A stretch of DNA of 64,000 bases from an uncultured Nitrospiraceae bacterium (GTDB taxonomy: Bacteria > Nitrospirota > Thermodesulfovibrionia > Thermodesulfovibrionales > SM23-35): assembly GCA_963727775.1 (NCBI GenBank), contig CAVSHB010000002.1, positions 320,001 to 384,000 of the forward strand, written 5' to 3'. The number at the start of each line of letters is the position of its first letter. Position 1 is the stretch's first letter. The translations under genes were made by a program, and so were the position numbers. Positions 19,053 to 29,868 of this stretch are shown here, one piece after another. The notes under the pieces are model-generated. The model made no database searches and was not told the DNA's origin. It saw nothing but the letters and a program-made list of their open reading frames with translations.

Positions 19053-20224
19053 GGAAATACGACAAGTGGCTCTTGCTCGTGACGGCTTTGCTCATAGGAT
19101 TCGGAGCGCTCATGATATACAGCTCCACATCCGTCATTACGCCTGTCCTCGCAAAGAAAAAGATTTCGGAATTTTATTATTTTAAGCGGCATCTATTTAC
19201 AATCATCATAGGGTTCTGTTTCCTTGTCTTTGCTTACTTCAAACTGAAACCTTCTTATATGAAAAAAATTGCCGTTACCCTTCTGATCTTTTCAGGTGTG
19301 CTTCTTATACTCGTTTTTCTGCCCGGCATTGGGGTTACAGCAGGCGGCGCGAGGCGGTGGATAAGGCTGTGGCCTTCTACCTTCCAGCCGTCGGAACTCG
19401 TAAAGCTCTCTATGGTTATATTCCTTGCGAAGTATATGTCTATGCCTGATTACAAAATAGATAGCTTTGTATCATTCATAAAACCTGTCCTTATTATGGC
19501 TTTATTTCAGCTGGCCATACTGAAACAACCCGATTTCGGGGCTGCCATGAGTCTTGCGTTTCTCACGTTTGCAATGCTCTTTCTTTCGGGGATCAGGATA
19601 AGGTATCTCGCTTCCTTGCTGGTCCTTGCCGTGCCGGTAATCATAAAATTGGCCATGGAGCCTTATCGCCTGAAGAGAATAATCAGCTTTCTTGACCCAT
19701 GGAAAGATCCGCAGGGGTGCGGCTTTCAGCTGGTGCAGTCCTTTATAGCGCTCGGGAGCGGAGGGTTGACGGGAGTGGGTCTTGGAAGTTCGAAACAGAA
19801 ATTATCGTACCTCCCCGAGTCGCACACGGATTTTATATTTTCCATTATAGGTGAAGAGTTCGGGCTAATCGGGGTCTTATTTGTGATAACGCTTTTTCTC
19901 ATTTTATTCATAAAAGGGATATCCATTGCCAACAGGGCAAAGGACAGTTTTGTCTATTACCTTACTGTAGGACTTTCTATGATGATAGCTCTGCAGGCGC
20001 TTATTAACTTTGCGGTTGCAACAGGCCTGGTCCCCACAAAAGGGCTGCCCTTACCATTTGTGAGCTACGGCGGCTCTTCACTCCTTGTTAACATGACGGC
20101 GATAGGTATGCTCCTGAACATATCCAAGGGTGAAGAGAGTCAGCCGTTAGTATATGACCGCGAAATGATTATAAGGAGAAAAGCAAGGCGAAATGTATAC
20201 GGCAACAATTCAGCCGCGAGATAA
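19049..20224 (+). CDS. ftsW: Peptidoglycan glycosyltransferase FtsW
   Basis: ARRWI, FQPSE, QPDFG, LPESHTDF, SYGGSS. Confidence 0.96.
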   Translation: MRKYDKWLLLVTALLIGFGALMIYSSTSVITPVLAKKKISEFYYFKRHLFTIIIGFCFLVFAYFKLKPSYMKKIAVTLLIFSGVLLILVFLPGIGVTAGGARRWIRLWPSTFQPSELVKLSMVIFLAKYMSMPDYKIDSFVSFIKPVLIMALFQLAILKQPDFGAAMSLAFLTFAMLFLSGIRIRYLASLLVLAVPVIIKLAMEPYRLKRIISFLDPWKDPQGCGFQLVQSFIALGSGGLTGVGLGSSKQKLSYLPESHTDFIFSIIGEEFGLIGVLFVITLFLILFIKGISIANRAKDSFVYYLTVGLSMMIALQALINFAVATGLVPTKGLPLPFVSYGGSSLLVNMTAIGMLLNISKGEESQPLVYDREMIIRRKARRNVYGNNSAAR

Positions 20225-20253
20225 TCGTCGATCCATACCCGCCTGTCGGAGAG

Positions 20254-21405
20254 TTGGATGAAGACTTTTTCATGAGGCTGATAATAGCGGGGGGTGGTAC
20301 AGGAGGGCATCTCTTTCCGGGGCTGGCGGTTGCTGAGGAGTTTAAGCACAGAGACCCTTCAGCAGAGGTAGTATTCGTCGGGACCGAACATGGAATAGAA
20401 GCGAGGGTAATCCCGCGCGAGGGATATCCGATCAAGTTTTTGAGGGCGGAAGGTTTGGTAGGGGTGTCTGTACTAAAAAAGATAAAGGCGATGATAAAGC
20501 TGTTCTTCTCTTTTGTTGAGTCATTTAATATTATTAAGACCGTTAAGCCTGATATCGTGATCGGCGTCGGCGGGTACGCGTCCGGGGCGATAATGGTTGC
20601 CGCGTTCCTTATGTCGATACCGACCATTATACTCGAACAGAATTCGGTCCCAGGCCTTACAAATAAAATTCTTGGGAAGGTCGTCAATACAATCTGCGTG
20701 ACGTACCAGGAGAGTATCTCGTTTTTCCCGAGGGACAAGACTTTTCTTGCTGGAAACCCTGTCAGGATGCAGGTGCTGAAGGGTAACATAGAGTCCGCAT
20801 ACAGGCTTTTTTCTCTTGAGAAGGGGTTGTTTACCATATTGATCTTTGGCGGCAGTTCAGGCGCAAGGAGAATAAATACGGCGTTGGTAGATGCGCTTAA
20901 CCATATGCATGACCTGAGAGCGGATATTCAATTCCTCCATCAGACAGGACCGCACGATTATGAAAATATCAGGGGAGCGTACAGGGAAAAGGGATTCAAA
21001 GGAACGATAACCCCGTTTATCTATCAAATGGGAGAAGCATATGCCGTAGCCGATTTAGTCATCTCAAGGGCAGGCGCGACGACCTTGGCAGAATTGACCG
21101 CTCTGGGGAAACCGGCAATATTAATCCCTTATCCTTTTGCCGCCGGAAGACATCAGGAAATGAACGCGAGAAAACTTCTCAAAATGGGAGCAGCGAAAAT
21201 GATACTTGACGGCGAACTGCAGGGCGAAACTTTGGCAGGCGCTTTAAGGGAATTATATCTGAACCGGACTTTAAGGTCGGAGATGCAGAGAAACAGCAAG
21301 GCGGTCGGAAGGCCGGAGGCATGTTCAAAAATAGTTGATATTGCGATGGCCCTTATTAAACAGTCGATAGTAGTCAGCTCAAAGGAACGTAAGGATAATG
21401 TTTGA
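20254..21405 (+). CDS. murG: Undecaprenyl-PP-MurNAc-pentapeptide GlcNAc transferase MurG
   Basis: GGGTGGH, EQN, GNPVR, SRAGATT. ATG 20272 is an alternative start. Confidence 0.96.
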   Translation: MDEDFFMRLIIAGGGTGGHLFPGLAVAEEFKHRDPSAEVVFVGTEHGIEARVIPREGYPIKFLRAEGLVGVSVLKKIKAMIKLFFSFVESFNIIKTVKPDIVIGVGGYASGAIMVAAFLMSIPTIILEQNSVPGLTNKILGKVVNTICVTYQESISFFPRDKTFLAGNPVRMQVLKGNIESAYRLFSLEKGLFTILIFGGSSGARRINTALVDALNHMHDLRADIQFLHQTGPHDYENIRGAYREKGFKGTITPFIYQMGEAYAVADLVISRAGATTLAELTALGKPAILIPYPFAAGRHQEMNARKLLKMGAAKMILDGELQGETLAGALRELYLNRTLRSEMQRNSKAVGRPEACSKIVDIAMALIKQSIVVSSKERKDNV

Positions 21406-22825
21406 AAGATACAGGGTGATACATTTTGTCGGGATAGGCGGAATAGGCATGTCCGGGATTGCAGAAGTGCTCAGTAATCTCGGATACGAAGTGACGGGCT
21501 CCGATTTAAAAGTCTCGAAGACGACAGCGAGATTACAAGGTTTGGGGATAAAGGTTTACACAGGACATAAAGCGGAAAATATAGATGACGCGCATGTAGT
21601 AGTCATATCATCGGCGGTTTCAATGGATAATCCGGAGGTGATTGAAGCAAAAAGAAGATCTATTCCGGTAATACCGCGCGCAGAAATGCTCGCAGAGCTG
21701 GCAAGACTGAAATACGGGATACTCGTTGCGGGAGCTCACGGCAAAACTACGACAACGTCTTTAATATCAACAGTCCTTGCCCATGGCGGGTTCGATCCGA
21801 CTGTTGTTATAGGTGGAAGACTGAAGGCAACCGGAAGCAATGCAAGGCTCGGACAGGGAGAGTTCCTTGTGGCCGAGGCGGATGAAAGCGACGGTTCGTT
21901 CCTGAAGCTGTCTCCGACAATTGCGGTTGTCACAAATATTGACAGAGAACACATGGATTTTTTCAAGACAATGGATTCATTGAAAGATGCTTTCCTTTCT
22001 TTCATAAATAAGGTCCCATTCTATGGCGCAGCAATAGTGTGCTTTGAAAATGACCATCTGCGGGAACTTCTGCCGTATATCCACAGGAGATGCATAACCT
22101 ACGGGCTTACCAAGGACGCGCTGCTTTATGCTGAAAATATCAGAAAAGGTTTTATGTCGTCAAGCTTTGACGCGGTTTATAAAGGTAAGCACATAGGGGC
22201 TTTCGAACTCCCTGCGCCGGGAACACACAACATTCTCAACAGTCTTGCAGCTATTGGAGCGGCATTGCTTCTGAAGGTGGATATCACGGTCATTCAACAT
22301 GCGCTGGAAGGTTTTAGCGGAATACAGAGACGATTGGAGTTCAAAGGCGAGATAAACAGGGTAAGAGTTTACGATGATTATGGACATCATCCTGCAGAGA
22401 TTCAGGCAACATTAAAAGCCGTAAAAGAAGGGCTTGTCGCCGGGAATCAGTATGCGACCGGGAAACCTGAAGGCAGCGCGCGCGACAGCAAACGGTTGAT
22501 TGTTTTGTTCCAGCCCCATAGATATACGAGAACAAAAGACCTGGCTGATGATTTCTCGGTTTCATTCCATGATGCGGACATGCTGATAGTCCTGGATATT
22601 TATCCAGCCGGAGAAAAACCCATAGAAGGTGTGAATGCCGCAGCCCTGGTTGAAAGGATAAAAAAAGCAGGTCATGAATATGCGGTGTACGAGAAAAACA
22701 GGAATGAAGCAATCAATAATGTTGTCTCTTCCATCAGGGAAGGAGATATTTTCCTTACCCTCGGCGCGGGCGATGTATGGAAGGCGGGAGAAGATATATT
22801 GGATAGGTTAAAAATAAAAAGTTAA
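21398..22825 (+). CDS. murC: UDP-MurNAc:L-Ala ligase MurC
   Basis: GIGGIGMSG, HGKTTT, EADESD, DDYGHHP, FQPHRYTR. Confidence 0.97.
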   Translation: MFERYRVIHFVGIGGIGMSGIAEVLSNLGYEVTGSDLKVSKTTARLQGLGIKVYTGHKAENIDDAHVVVISSAVSMDNPEVIEAKRRSIPVIPRAEMLAELARLKYGILVAGAHGKTTTTSLISTVLAHGGFDPTVVIGGRLKATGSNARLGQGEFLVAEADESDGSFLKLSPTIAVVTNIDREHMDFFKTMDSLKDAFLSFINKVPFYGAAIVCFENDHLRELLPYIHRRCITYGLTKDALLYAENIRKGFMSSSFDAVYKGKHIGAFELPAPGTHNILNSLAAIGAALLLKVDITVIQHALEGFSGIQRRLEFKGEINRVRVYDDYGHHPAEIQATLKAVKEGLVAGNQYATGKPEGSARDSKRLIVLFQPHRYTRTKDLADDFSVSFHDADMLIVLDIYPAGEKPIEGVNAAALVERIKKAGHEYAVYEKNRNEAINNVVSSIREGDIFLTLGAGDVWKAGEDILDRLKIKS

Positions 22826-22827
22826 AA

Positions 22828-23760
22828 ATGGAACGTCAAGAATTGAAGGACATTTTCAATGAAGTACTTATTGAAGGAGAGGCTAAATTTATGGAGCCTA
22901 TGAGCGCTCATACTTCTCTCAGGATCGGAGGACCTGCGGATATCTTTGTTATGCCCCGAACCCGTTCGTCGCTCATGAACCTCCATATGAATTGTAAAAG
23001 AAGCCGGATCCCTTTTTTCCCTTTAGGCGGCGGCACCAATGTTTTAGTCAGGGACGGCGGCATTGAGGGAGTTGTCTTGTCGTCTATGCAGTTCAGAAAC
23101 AAAGAAGCTGTGAAGGAAGACGATACGCATGTATATTTATCCGTTGACGCCGGGACAATGCTTCAGGGGCTTGTGAATTTTTCCAGGGAAAACGGGTATT
23201 CGGGAATAGAAGGACTTGCAGGTATCCCTGGAACTGTAGGCGGGGCAATCTGCGGGAATGCCGGAGCCTACGGTTATGAAATAAAGGATGTCCTTGTTTC
23301 GGTTGAGAGTATGGATTCAGAAGGCAAGATTGGGCGGGTAAGGGCGGCTGAAATTTTTTTTGGATATAGAAGCTCAGGTATTTTGCCGGGTGAATTAGTT
23401 CTAAGCGCGGAGATAAAACTCAGGAAGGATGAAAAACGCGAAGTTTCTGCAAGGGTTGATAATTTTCTGAAGATGAAACGGGAGAAACAGCCTTTACGGG
23501 AGATGTCTGCAGGATGTGTATTTAAGAACCCTTCAGGCGTGTCCGCCGGCAAGCTTGTGGATGAAGCAGGATGCAAGGGGCTGAGGACCGGAGATGTCGA
23601 GGTGAGCAGACTACATGCGAATTTTTTTATCAATAAAGGAAAGGCGAGCGCCTCTGATTTTATAAGGCTTATGGAAGAAGTCTCCCGTAGGGTTAAGGAA
23701 AAACTCGGTGTTGTACTCGAGCCGGAAATAAAGATTGTGGGGAGAGATGCGGTTAACTGA
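22828..23760 (+). CDS. murB: UDP-N-acetylenolpyruvoylglucosamine reductase MurB
   Basis: [37 protein letters not shown]. Confidence 0.96.
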   Translation: MERQELKDIFNEVLIEGEAKFMEPMSAHTSLRIGGPADIFVMPRTRSSLMNLHMNCKRSRIPFFPLGGGTNVLVRDGGIEGVVLSSMQFRNKEAVKEDDTHVYLSVDAGTMLQGLVNFSRENGYSGIEGLAGIPGTVGGAICGNAGAYGYEIKDVLVSVESMDSEGKIGRVRAAEIFFGYRSSGILPGELVLSAEIKLRKDEKREVSARVDNFLKMKREKQPLREMSAGCVFKNPSGVSAGKLVDEAGCKGLRTGDVEVSRLHANFFINKGKASASDFIRLMEEVSRRVKEKLGVVLEPEIKIVGRDAVN

Positions 23761-24658
23761 TAGAAAAATAGGGGTATTGATGGGTGGTGTATCTACCGAG
23801 AGAGAAGTGTCTCTAAGGAGTGGAAGCGCAGTCTATAATGCTCTGAAAGGATTGGGCTATAACGCGGTTGCCGTAGATGTCGGCCCGGATATTTGCAGCG
23901 TGTTAAAGAGTGAAGGGATAGAAATAGCATTCCTCGCTCTCCACGGCGGATATGGAGAAGACGGTTCTATGCAGGGAATGCTTGAGGTTTTGGAGATCCC
24001 TTATACAGATTCGGGAGTGCTTGCGTCTGCCCTCGCAATGGACAAAGAAGCATCCAAAAAGATATTCCTCTATCACAATATCCCGGCGCCGCCTTTTATT
24101 GTTTTGAGCGGCGGGCGCGGAACCGGTGATTTACACTTCGGGTTCCCGTGTGTTGTAAAACCGGTGTCGGAAGGATCGAGTGTCGGGGTGAGTATTGCGA
24201 AAGATAAGGATGGTTTTGAGAATGCGCTGAAAGAAGCCTATGTCCACGGATCAAGGATTATCGTTGAGAAATATATTGATGGTAAAGAGATTCACATCGG
24301 AATTCTCAACGGCAAGGTGTTGGGAGGGGTTGAAGTAAGACCATCTCTTGAATTTTACAATTATAAAGCTAAATACACGTCAGGACTTACGGAATATATA
24401 CTGCCTCCGGAAATAGACCGTGAAATTTATGACAAAGTGAAGATAACGGCCCTGTCTGCTCATAATGCCTTGGGGTGCAAAGGCGCTACAAGGGTTGATC
24501 TAAGAATAGATGCAGCGGGGAATCCATATGTGCTTGAGGTGAACACTATCCCCGGCATGACGGAAACAAGCTTGTTGCCCAAGATTGCGAAGCTTGCAGG
24601 TTTTGACTTCCCGGGCTTGATAGCAGAGATCCTCAAAGGTGTTATTGATGAAGGCTAA
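23747..24658 (+). CDS. ddl: D-alanine--D-alanine ligase
   Basis: [37 protein letters not shown]. Confidence 0.96.
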   Translation: MRLTDRKIGVLMGGVSTEREVSLRSGSAVYNALKGLGYNAVAVDVGPDICSVLKSEGIEIAFLALHGGYGEDGSMQGMLEVLEIPYTDSGVLASALAMDKEASKKIFLYHNIPAPPFIVLSGGRGTGDLHFGFPCVVKPVSEGSSVGVSIAKDKDGFENALKEAYVHGSRIIVEKYIDGKEIHIGILNGKVLGGVEVRPSLEFYNYKAKYTSGLTEYILPPEIDREIYDKVKITALSAHNALGCKGATRVDLRIDAAGNPYVLEVNTIPGMTETSLLPKIAKLAGFDFPGLIAEILKGVIDEG

Positions 24659-25412
24659 TAAAGTGAGAAAAACCGGCCAAAGGAAAAATCTGTTCAGCAT
24701 AGTCTGTAATATTGCTGTCCCGGTATTTATCTTTACGGGCGCGATTATTATTTATTTCTATATTTATTCCCACCCTCTGGAAGTGTTTTGCCCGCTGAAA
24801 CAGATTGCTTTTGCCGGGAACAAGCATTTGACGGATGAGGAGTTGAAAGCGATTTGCGGAGTCAACATGCGTGAAAGTCTGGTGACGATTTCAAATAATA
24901 AAATCAGCCGGCAGTTGCTTAAATCTCCATGGGTAAAGTCTGTAAGCCTCAGGAAGGAATTTCCCGGCACATTGTCTGTGACAATAAAGGAGGCTGAACC
25001 GTTTGCTTTGCTTGATATGAACAAACACCTCTTTATAATAGACGAGAACGGGAGTTTGCTTGAAGAGCTCAAAGGGGATGCGATACCTTTCCTGCCCATA
25101 ATAACAGGGGATCCGTTCAAAGAAAAGGAGGGTTTCTCCGAGGCACTCAACCTTGTAAAACTGATGGATGCCAAAGGGTTTCCTTCGGAGAGGGACCATA
25201 TCGGGATAACCGCGCATAAACCGCATGAACTCAGCGTGGATATGGACGGGATAGTTGTAAAAATAGGCGCGGGCAGGCATGAAGAAAAACTCGAAAAGCT
25301 GATACGACTGGAAGAGGACATAAAGAGTATGCATATCCCGGTTGACTATATTGATTTAAGGTTCGAGAACAAGGCGATTGTGAAACCTGTAGCCGAGAAG
25401 GTGATTAAATAA
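24648..25412 (+). CDS. ftsQ: Cell division protein FtsQ/DivIB
   Basis: TM, POTRA domain, YIDLRF C-terminal motif; position before ftsA. Confidence 0.9.
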   Translation: MKANKVRKTGQRKNLFSIVCNIAVPVFIFTGAIIIYFYIYSHPLEVFCPLKQIAFAGNKHLTDEELKAICGVNMRESLVTISNNKISRQLLKSPWVKSVSLRKEFPGTLSVTIKEAEPFALLDMNKHLFIIDENGSLLEELKGDAIPFLPIITGDPFKEKEGFSEALNLVKLMDAKGFPSERDHIGITAHKPHELSVDMDGIVVKIGAGRHEEKLEKLIRLEEDIKSMHIPVDYIDLRFENKAIVKPVAEKVIK

Positions 25413-26635
25413 TGACACATCGAGACCATCGTGGAAATATTATTGTGGGGCTTGACATAGGGACGACAAAGATTTGCGCTGTTGTCGGCGAAGTTGTCAA
25501 TGGCGGGCTGGAATTCCGAGGTGTCAGCACTTCTCCGTCAACAGGCCTCAGAAAGGGGATGGTAGTAAATATCGACGCGACGGTCGAATCAATAAAGAAC
25601 GCCGTGAAGACAGCGGAGTCTTTAACCGGGGTCGAAATAAATACAGTATATGTAGGTATTTCAGGTGGGCATATAAAAGGCTTTAACAGTTACGGAGCTG
25701 TCGGGATAAAAGGCAAAGAAGTTACGTATGCTGATATAGATCGCGTGATCGATTCTGCAAGCGCGGTTTATGTACCGCTTGACAGGGAGGTGCTCCATGT
25801 GATCCCGGCCGGATATACGCTCGACGGGCAGAACGGCATCAAAGACCCTATCGGGATGGTGGGGGTTAGGCTTGAGGCAAATGTTTATATACTGACGGGC
25901 GCTGTCACTTCATTACAGAACCTCATGAAGTGCTGTGAGAAGGCCGATATCGAGGTTATCGATATCGTATTTGAGCCCTTGGCTTCCGCGGAAGCGATAT
26001 TAACCGATGATGAAAAAGATCTCGGGGTTGCTGTTGTGGACATCGGAGGCGGCACAACGGATATTATCATTTATAAAGATGGCTGCCTTAGACATTCATC
26101 CGTCCTTGCCATCGGCGGGAATCATTTTACAAATGATATCGCCGTCGGTCTAAGAATTTCCGTGGCCGAAGCCGAACGGATAAAAAAGAGTTTCGGTTCC
26201 TCAATAGTAAATATGGTTCCCGACTCTGAAGAAATTGAGATTGTCCAGGCGGAACAGGGCAGGAATATTTTGCGCAGGCACTTATCCGAGATTATCCAAC
26301 CGAGGACGGAGGAACTGCTTGATTTAATAAAAAAAGAACTGCTTTCCTGCTCAGGATATGAAATGGCATCGGCGGGCGTTGTCCTTACGGGGGGCGGGTC
26401 TTTGCTCGATGGTCTCGACAGGATGGCGGAGATAGTCCTGGGGCTGCCCATTAAGGCTGGGTTGCCGGGATGCGTTGCAGGATGCGAAGAGATTATAAAC
26501 AACCCTATATTCGCAACCGGCGCAGGTCTTGTCCTTTACGGATTTAATAGCGAATCAGACAGGGTGATCTGCCCTGATACTTTTACAGGAATATTCGGGA
26601 AGATGAAGGATTTGGTTAAAGGAATTTTGAGATAA
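25412..26635 (+). CDS. ftsA: Cell division protein FtsA
   Basis: LDIGTTKI, DIGGGTT, LTGGG, C-terminal amphipathic helix. Confidence 0.97.
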   Translation: MTHRDHRGNIIVGLDIGTTKICAVVGEVVNGGLEFRGVSTSPSTGLRKGMVVNIDATVESIKNAVKTAESLTGVEINTVYVGISGGHIKGFNSYGAVGIKGKEVTYADIDRVIDSASAVYVPLDREVLHVIPAGYTLDGQNGIKDPIGMVGVRLEANVYILTGAVTSLQNLMKCCEKADIEVIDIVFEPLASAEAILTDDEKDLGVAVVDIGGGTTDIIIYKDGCLRHSSVLAIGGNHFTNDIAVGLRISVAEAERIKKSFGSSIVNMVPDSEEIEIVQAEQGRNILRRHLSEIIQPRTEELLDLIKKELLSCSGYEMASAGVVLTGGGSLLDGLDRMAEIVLGLPIKAGLPGCVAGCEEIINNPIFATGAGLVLYGFNSESDRVICPDTFTGIFGKMKDLVKGILR

Positions 26636-26647
26636 AAAAAGGAGGGT

Positions 26648-27820
26648 ATGATTATGTTCGAGATCGAAGAGGTAAGGGGACAGAAGGCAAAGATCAAAGT
26701 AGTCGGGGTCGGTGGGGCCGGCGGGAATGCGATAAACAACATGATAGCGTCGAACCTCCACGGAGTTGAATTCATCGCGGTCAACACCGATATGCAGGCA
26801 TTGGAAACCTCTCTGGCGTCCGTTAAAGTCCAGATCGGGGCTAATCTTACAAGAGGTCTCGGGGCAGGGTCGAACCCCCAGATCGGAAGGGAGGCGGCCC
26901 TTGAGGATCCCTCCGTGATCGCTGAGCATCTTGAGGGATCCGACATGGTATTTATAACCGCCGGCATGGGTGGCGGCACGGGGACAGGCGCGGCACCTGT
27001 GATTGCGGGTATTGCAAAGGAACTCGGAGCTATAACGGTTGCGGTTATCACAAAACCGTTTTTCTACGAAGGAAAGATCAGGTACATGAACGCGGAGGAC
27101 GGGGTAAAAGAGCTGAAGAAAAATGTGGATACCCTGATCGTTATTCCGAATGACAAGATCGGACTTGTAGTCGATAAAGGAACTCCTCTGCTCAAATCCT
27201 TTGCCGTAGCCAATGACGTCCTGAAACAGGCGGTACAGGGGATATCGGACATTATCCTGATTCCGGGACTTATCAATGTCGACTTTGCAGATGTTAAGAC
27301 CATTATACAGGACAAAGGGCGCGGAGTTATGGGGTCAGGTGTCGGCAGAGGAGAAGGCGGTGCGATTGATGCGGCAAAAAAGGCCATATCAAATCCGTTG
27401 CTCGAAGAGTCCTCGATTGAAGGGGCAAAAGGCATTCTCGTCAATATTACGGGAGGGCTTGAACTTCCGCTCAACGACGTTAAGGATGCTGTTTCTTATA
27501 TATATGATTCTTCACATGAGGAAGTACACCTCATATTTGGCGCGGTTATAGACCCTGATATCGGAGACGAAGTCAGGGTTACGGTAATCGCAACGGGCTT
27601 TGACGGTCAGAAAGAGAAGGTAGATCTTCCCCAGATTAAAAAGTGGACTCCCGTTAAGGAGCCATTGGCTTACAGGGGTTCCGACAGGGTTTTGTCAAAG
27701 AGTCTTAAGTCCGGCTACGGGCTGGACCTTGTTGTAACGGATATCATGTCATCATATGAAGAACATATTGATGTGCCTACCTTTATGAGGAAGGCGCCTC
27801 AACCCCAAAAAGACATATAA
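26648..27820 (+). CDS. ftsZ: Cell division protein FtsZ
   Basis: GGGTGTG tubulin motif, NVDFAD, C-terminal IDVPTFMRK. Confidence 0.98.
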   Translation: MIMFEIEEVRGQKAKIKVVGVGGAGGNAINNMIASNLHGVEFIAVNTDMQALETSLASVKVQIGANLTRGLGAGSNPQIGREAALEDPSVIAEHLEGSDMVFITAGMGGGTGTGAAPVIAGIAKELGAITVAVITKPFFYEGKIRYMNAEDGVKELKKNVDTLIVIPNDKIGLVVDKGTPLLKSFAVANDVLKQAVQGISDIILIPGLINVDFADVKTIIQDKGRGVMGSGVGRGEGGAIDAAKKAISNPLLEESSIEGAKGILVNITGGLELPLNDVKDAVSYIYDSSHEEVHLIFGAVIDPDIGDEVRVTVIATGFDGQKEKVDLPQIKKWTPVKEPLAYRGSDRVLSKSLKSGYGLDLVVTDIMSSYEEHIDVPTFMRKAPQPQKDI

Positions 27821-27835
27821 GTTTCCCTCCCACAA

Positions 27836-27859
27836 GGGGTCTCCTCCCCCGGAGACCCC
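27836..27859 (+). terminator. GC-rich hairpin after ftsZ (possible terminator)
   Basis: ggggtctcc / ggagacccc perfect 9-bp stem; the U-tract is weak and displaced. Confidence 0.5.
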
Positions 27860-27918
27860 CCCCCATATTTTAATTGCATTATTCAGCATAATTTTGCAAG
27901 ATGTAATATAAGAATAAA

Positions 27919-28356
27919 ATGTTAAAGAACCAGATTAAATATATTCAAAATTTATTTTATGACCTGCTGAATGATTACGGACAGGTTTATGTGGCCGTAA
28001 GGTATTCTGAAAATTCAGCTGTAGGAAACCGGGGCTTCACAGAGGAGGAGAAAAAGAAAGGTCTTGTCCTGGTCTTTAACCGTAGAAATCATAATAACCT
28101 TGTGTGGAATGAAGATGGAAGTATTACGGCTACGCTGGGCTTTGGGGTCGGCAACAGGTCTGAAAAATGTTTTCTCCACTATGATGACATAGTGTCCGTA
28201 TTTTCTCCGGATGCGAGAATTAAGCTTGACAGGTGGGACATCTGGAGCGCGAAAGACCAAACTCAAACCGCTGAAATATCCGGCGTGCCTGAAGCCGGAG
28301 AATCCACCGATAAAAAAATAGTGTCCCTCGACAGTTTCAGAAAAACAAAAAACTGA
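27919..28356 (+). CDS. SspB-like ClpXP adaptor (stringent starvation protein B family)
   Basis: NLVWNEDG.ITATLGFG...C.LHYDDI..VF core resembles SspB; C-terminal KIVSLDSFRK resembles the alphaproteobacterial SspB ClpX-binding tail. Confidence 0.65.
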   Translation: MLKNQIKYIQNLFYDLLNDYGQVYVAVRYSENSAVGNRGFTEEEKKKGLVLVFNRRNHNNLVWNEDGSITATLGFGVGNRSEKCFLHYDDIVSVFSPDARIKLDRWDIWSAKDQTQTAEISGVPEAGESTDKKIVSLDSFRKTKN

Positions 28357-28427
28357 TTCTATCTCTTGACTGCGACATTCCCGATCCCCGAAGGTTTCCG
28401 TCCATGAACAGGTCCCTACATCGATCA

Positions 28428-29435
28428 TCAAGATTGCATTTTTATGTCATAACACCGGTGAGCCAATTCAACGAGCTTATCGAGCTTCCACGTGCCTCGG
28501 TCATTAAGATAACCTGTTAAGCGCGCCGGTATTGCGCTGATTCCCAAATGGGCCCCGCTGACAGCCCCTGCCATCGCCGCAGTTGTATCGACATCTCCCC
28601 CAACTCCAATAGCCGTGCATATCGTCTCCCAGTAGTTATCGGGGGTCTTAAGAAAGGAATAGAGGCTCCAGAGAACACTACTGATAACATATGCGGACAT
28701 GCCTTTCCATTCATCGTCATCAATATATTCAGCATCAAATCCGGCCTTTGCGATAAAAGTCGCCGCCTCTCCAGGAGGTTTCGGCAGCCATTCAACTAAT
28801 TTCTTCAGCTCGGAGGCAAAGCGGGCGTCAACGACGCTTGTCCATTCCGCAAGGGTAGAGATAAAAGACCCGGTGTCTATCGCTTCGTTCTGCAATGCCA
28901 ATGCAATCGCTCCGCTGATTGCCACTGCGCCTGCCGAACACCGCGGATCTGTATGGGTAATGCGTCCCTGATTATGTGCTGCCTGCACAAGTGTCTGTGG
29001 ATCATCAAAAAAGAACAAACCTATCGGAGCGGCCCGCATTGCGCTGCCGTTTCCCGCTGAAGGAGCCGGTGTGCCGGATTCTTCCCAGGAGACACCCTGC
29101 GCCAGCTTTTTTGCAGCTTCTTTTGTGGAATATCCGAAGGCAACGATCCTTTTTTCGGCGAAGATAAGTTTTATCCTTTCCGCATAATCTGCGGGATCGA
29201 ATTTCCTGCGTTCCTCATAGCTCTGCATCAGCTCACGCGCGAGCTGTGAATCATCGGAATACTGACCGAAGAGGAACGGGAAATGACCAAAATCTATTGC
29301 CTGGCCCGTTCTCAGGATATCTTCGATATATCGTTTACACGCCTCTGGGGAAAAACCTTCAACGACAAACCCGAGCGCGTCTCCCAGGCACTGACCGATC
29401 AGGCAACCGCTGTATTGATCTTTATGTGGCAACAT
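28428..29435 (-). CDS. ADP-ribosylglycohydrolase family protein
   Basis: GDALG, YSDDSQ, GNGSAMRAAP, TH, GGDVDTTAAM. Confidence 0.93.
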   Translation of the reverse strand: MLPHKDQYSGCLIGQCLGDALGFVVEGFSPEACKRYIEDILRTGQAIDFGHFPFLFGQYSDDSQLARELMQSYEERRKFDPADYAERIKLIFAEKRIVAFGYSTKEAAKKLAQGVSWEESGTPAPSAGNGSAMRAAPIGLFFFDDPQTLVQAAHNQGRITHTDPRCSAGAVAISGAIALALQNEAIDTGSFISTLAEWTSVVDARFASELKKLVEWLPKPPGEAATFIAKAGFDAEYIDDDEWKGMSAYVISSVLWSLYSFLKTPDNYWETICTAIGVGGDVDTTAAMAGAVSGAHLGISAIPARLTGYLNDRGTWKLDKLVELAHRCYDIKMQS

Positions 29436-29446
29436 GCGGGGACGGA

Positions 29447-29767
29447 TTATCTTATGATACTTCCGGGCGGGACATCTCTATCCGGATGTAAAAGGAAGGG
29501 TTTTCCGTTGACGGATACCGCGAGAATCATTCCTTGGCTTTCGACCCCTCTTATATTCCTCGGCTCCAAGTTCATAAGCACAGGGACTTCTTTCCCGATT
29601 AGCTGGTCGGGCTGATATGTCTCGGCTATACCGGCAACGACCTGTCTTTTTCCAGTATCAAAGTCGACTGCCAATTTTATTAATTTATCGGTTCCATCCA
29701 CTTTCTCAGCGGACAAAATTTTCCCGACGCGTATGTCCAATTTTTTAAAATCATCAAAAGTGATCAT
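29447..29767 (-). CDS. Stand-alone tRNA-binding OB-fold protein (MetRS C-terminal / Trbp / CsaA-like)
   Basis: DFKKLDIRVGKI...NLEPR..RGVESQGMILA. Confidence 0.9.
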   Translation of the reverse strand: MITFDDFKKLDIRVGKILSAEKVDGTDKLIKLAVDFDTGKRQVVAGIAETYQPDQLIGKEVPVLMNLEPRNIRGVESQGMILAVSVNGKPFLLHPDRDVPPGSIIR

Positions 29768-29772
29768 TGCTT

Positions 29773-29801
29773 ATTATCTATAGTAATAACATTTTTTGCA
29801 A
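29773..29801 (-). promoter_or_regulatory. Promoter for the tRNA-binding/ARH pair, probably leaderless
   Basis: Minus strand TTGCAA-17-GATAAT, 5 nt before ATG 29767. Confidence 0.5.
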
Positions 29802-29834
29802 TAAGATCTTTTCTCGATCCTTATAAGAGAAGGG

Positions 29835-29863
29835 TTTACATAGTTCTCCCTGTATGATAGAAT
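29835..29863 (+). promoter_or_regulatory. Promoter for the lptCAB-rpoN operon, probably leaderless
   Basis: TTTACA-17-TAGAAT with a TGn extension, 5 nt before ATG 29869. Confidence 0.65.
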
Positions 29864-29868
29864 TTTTA

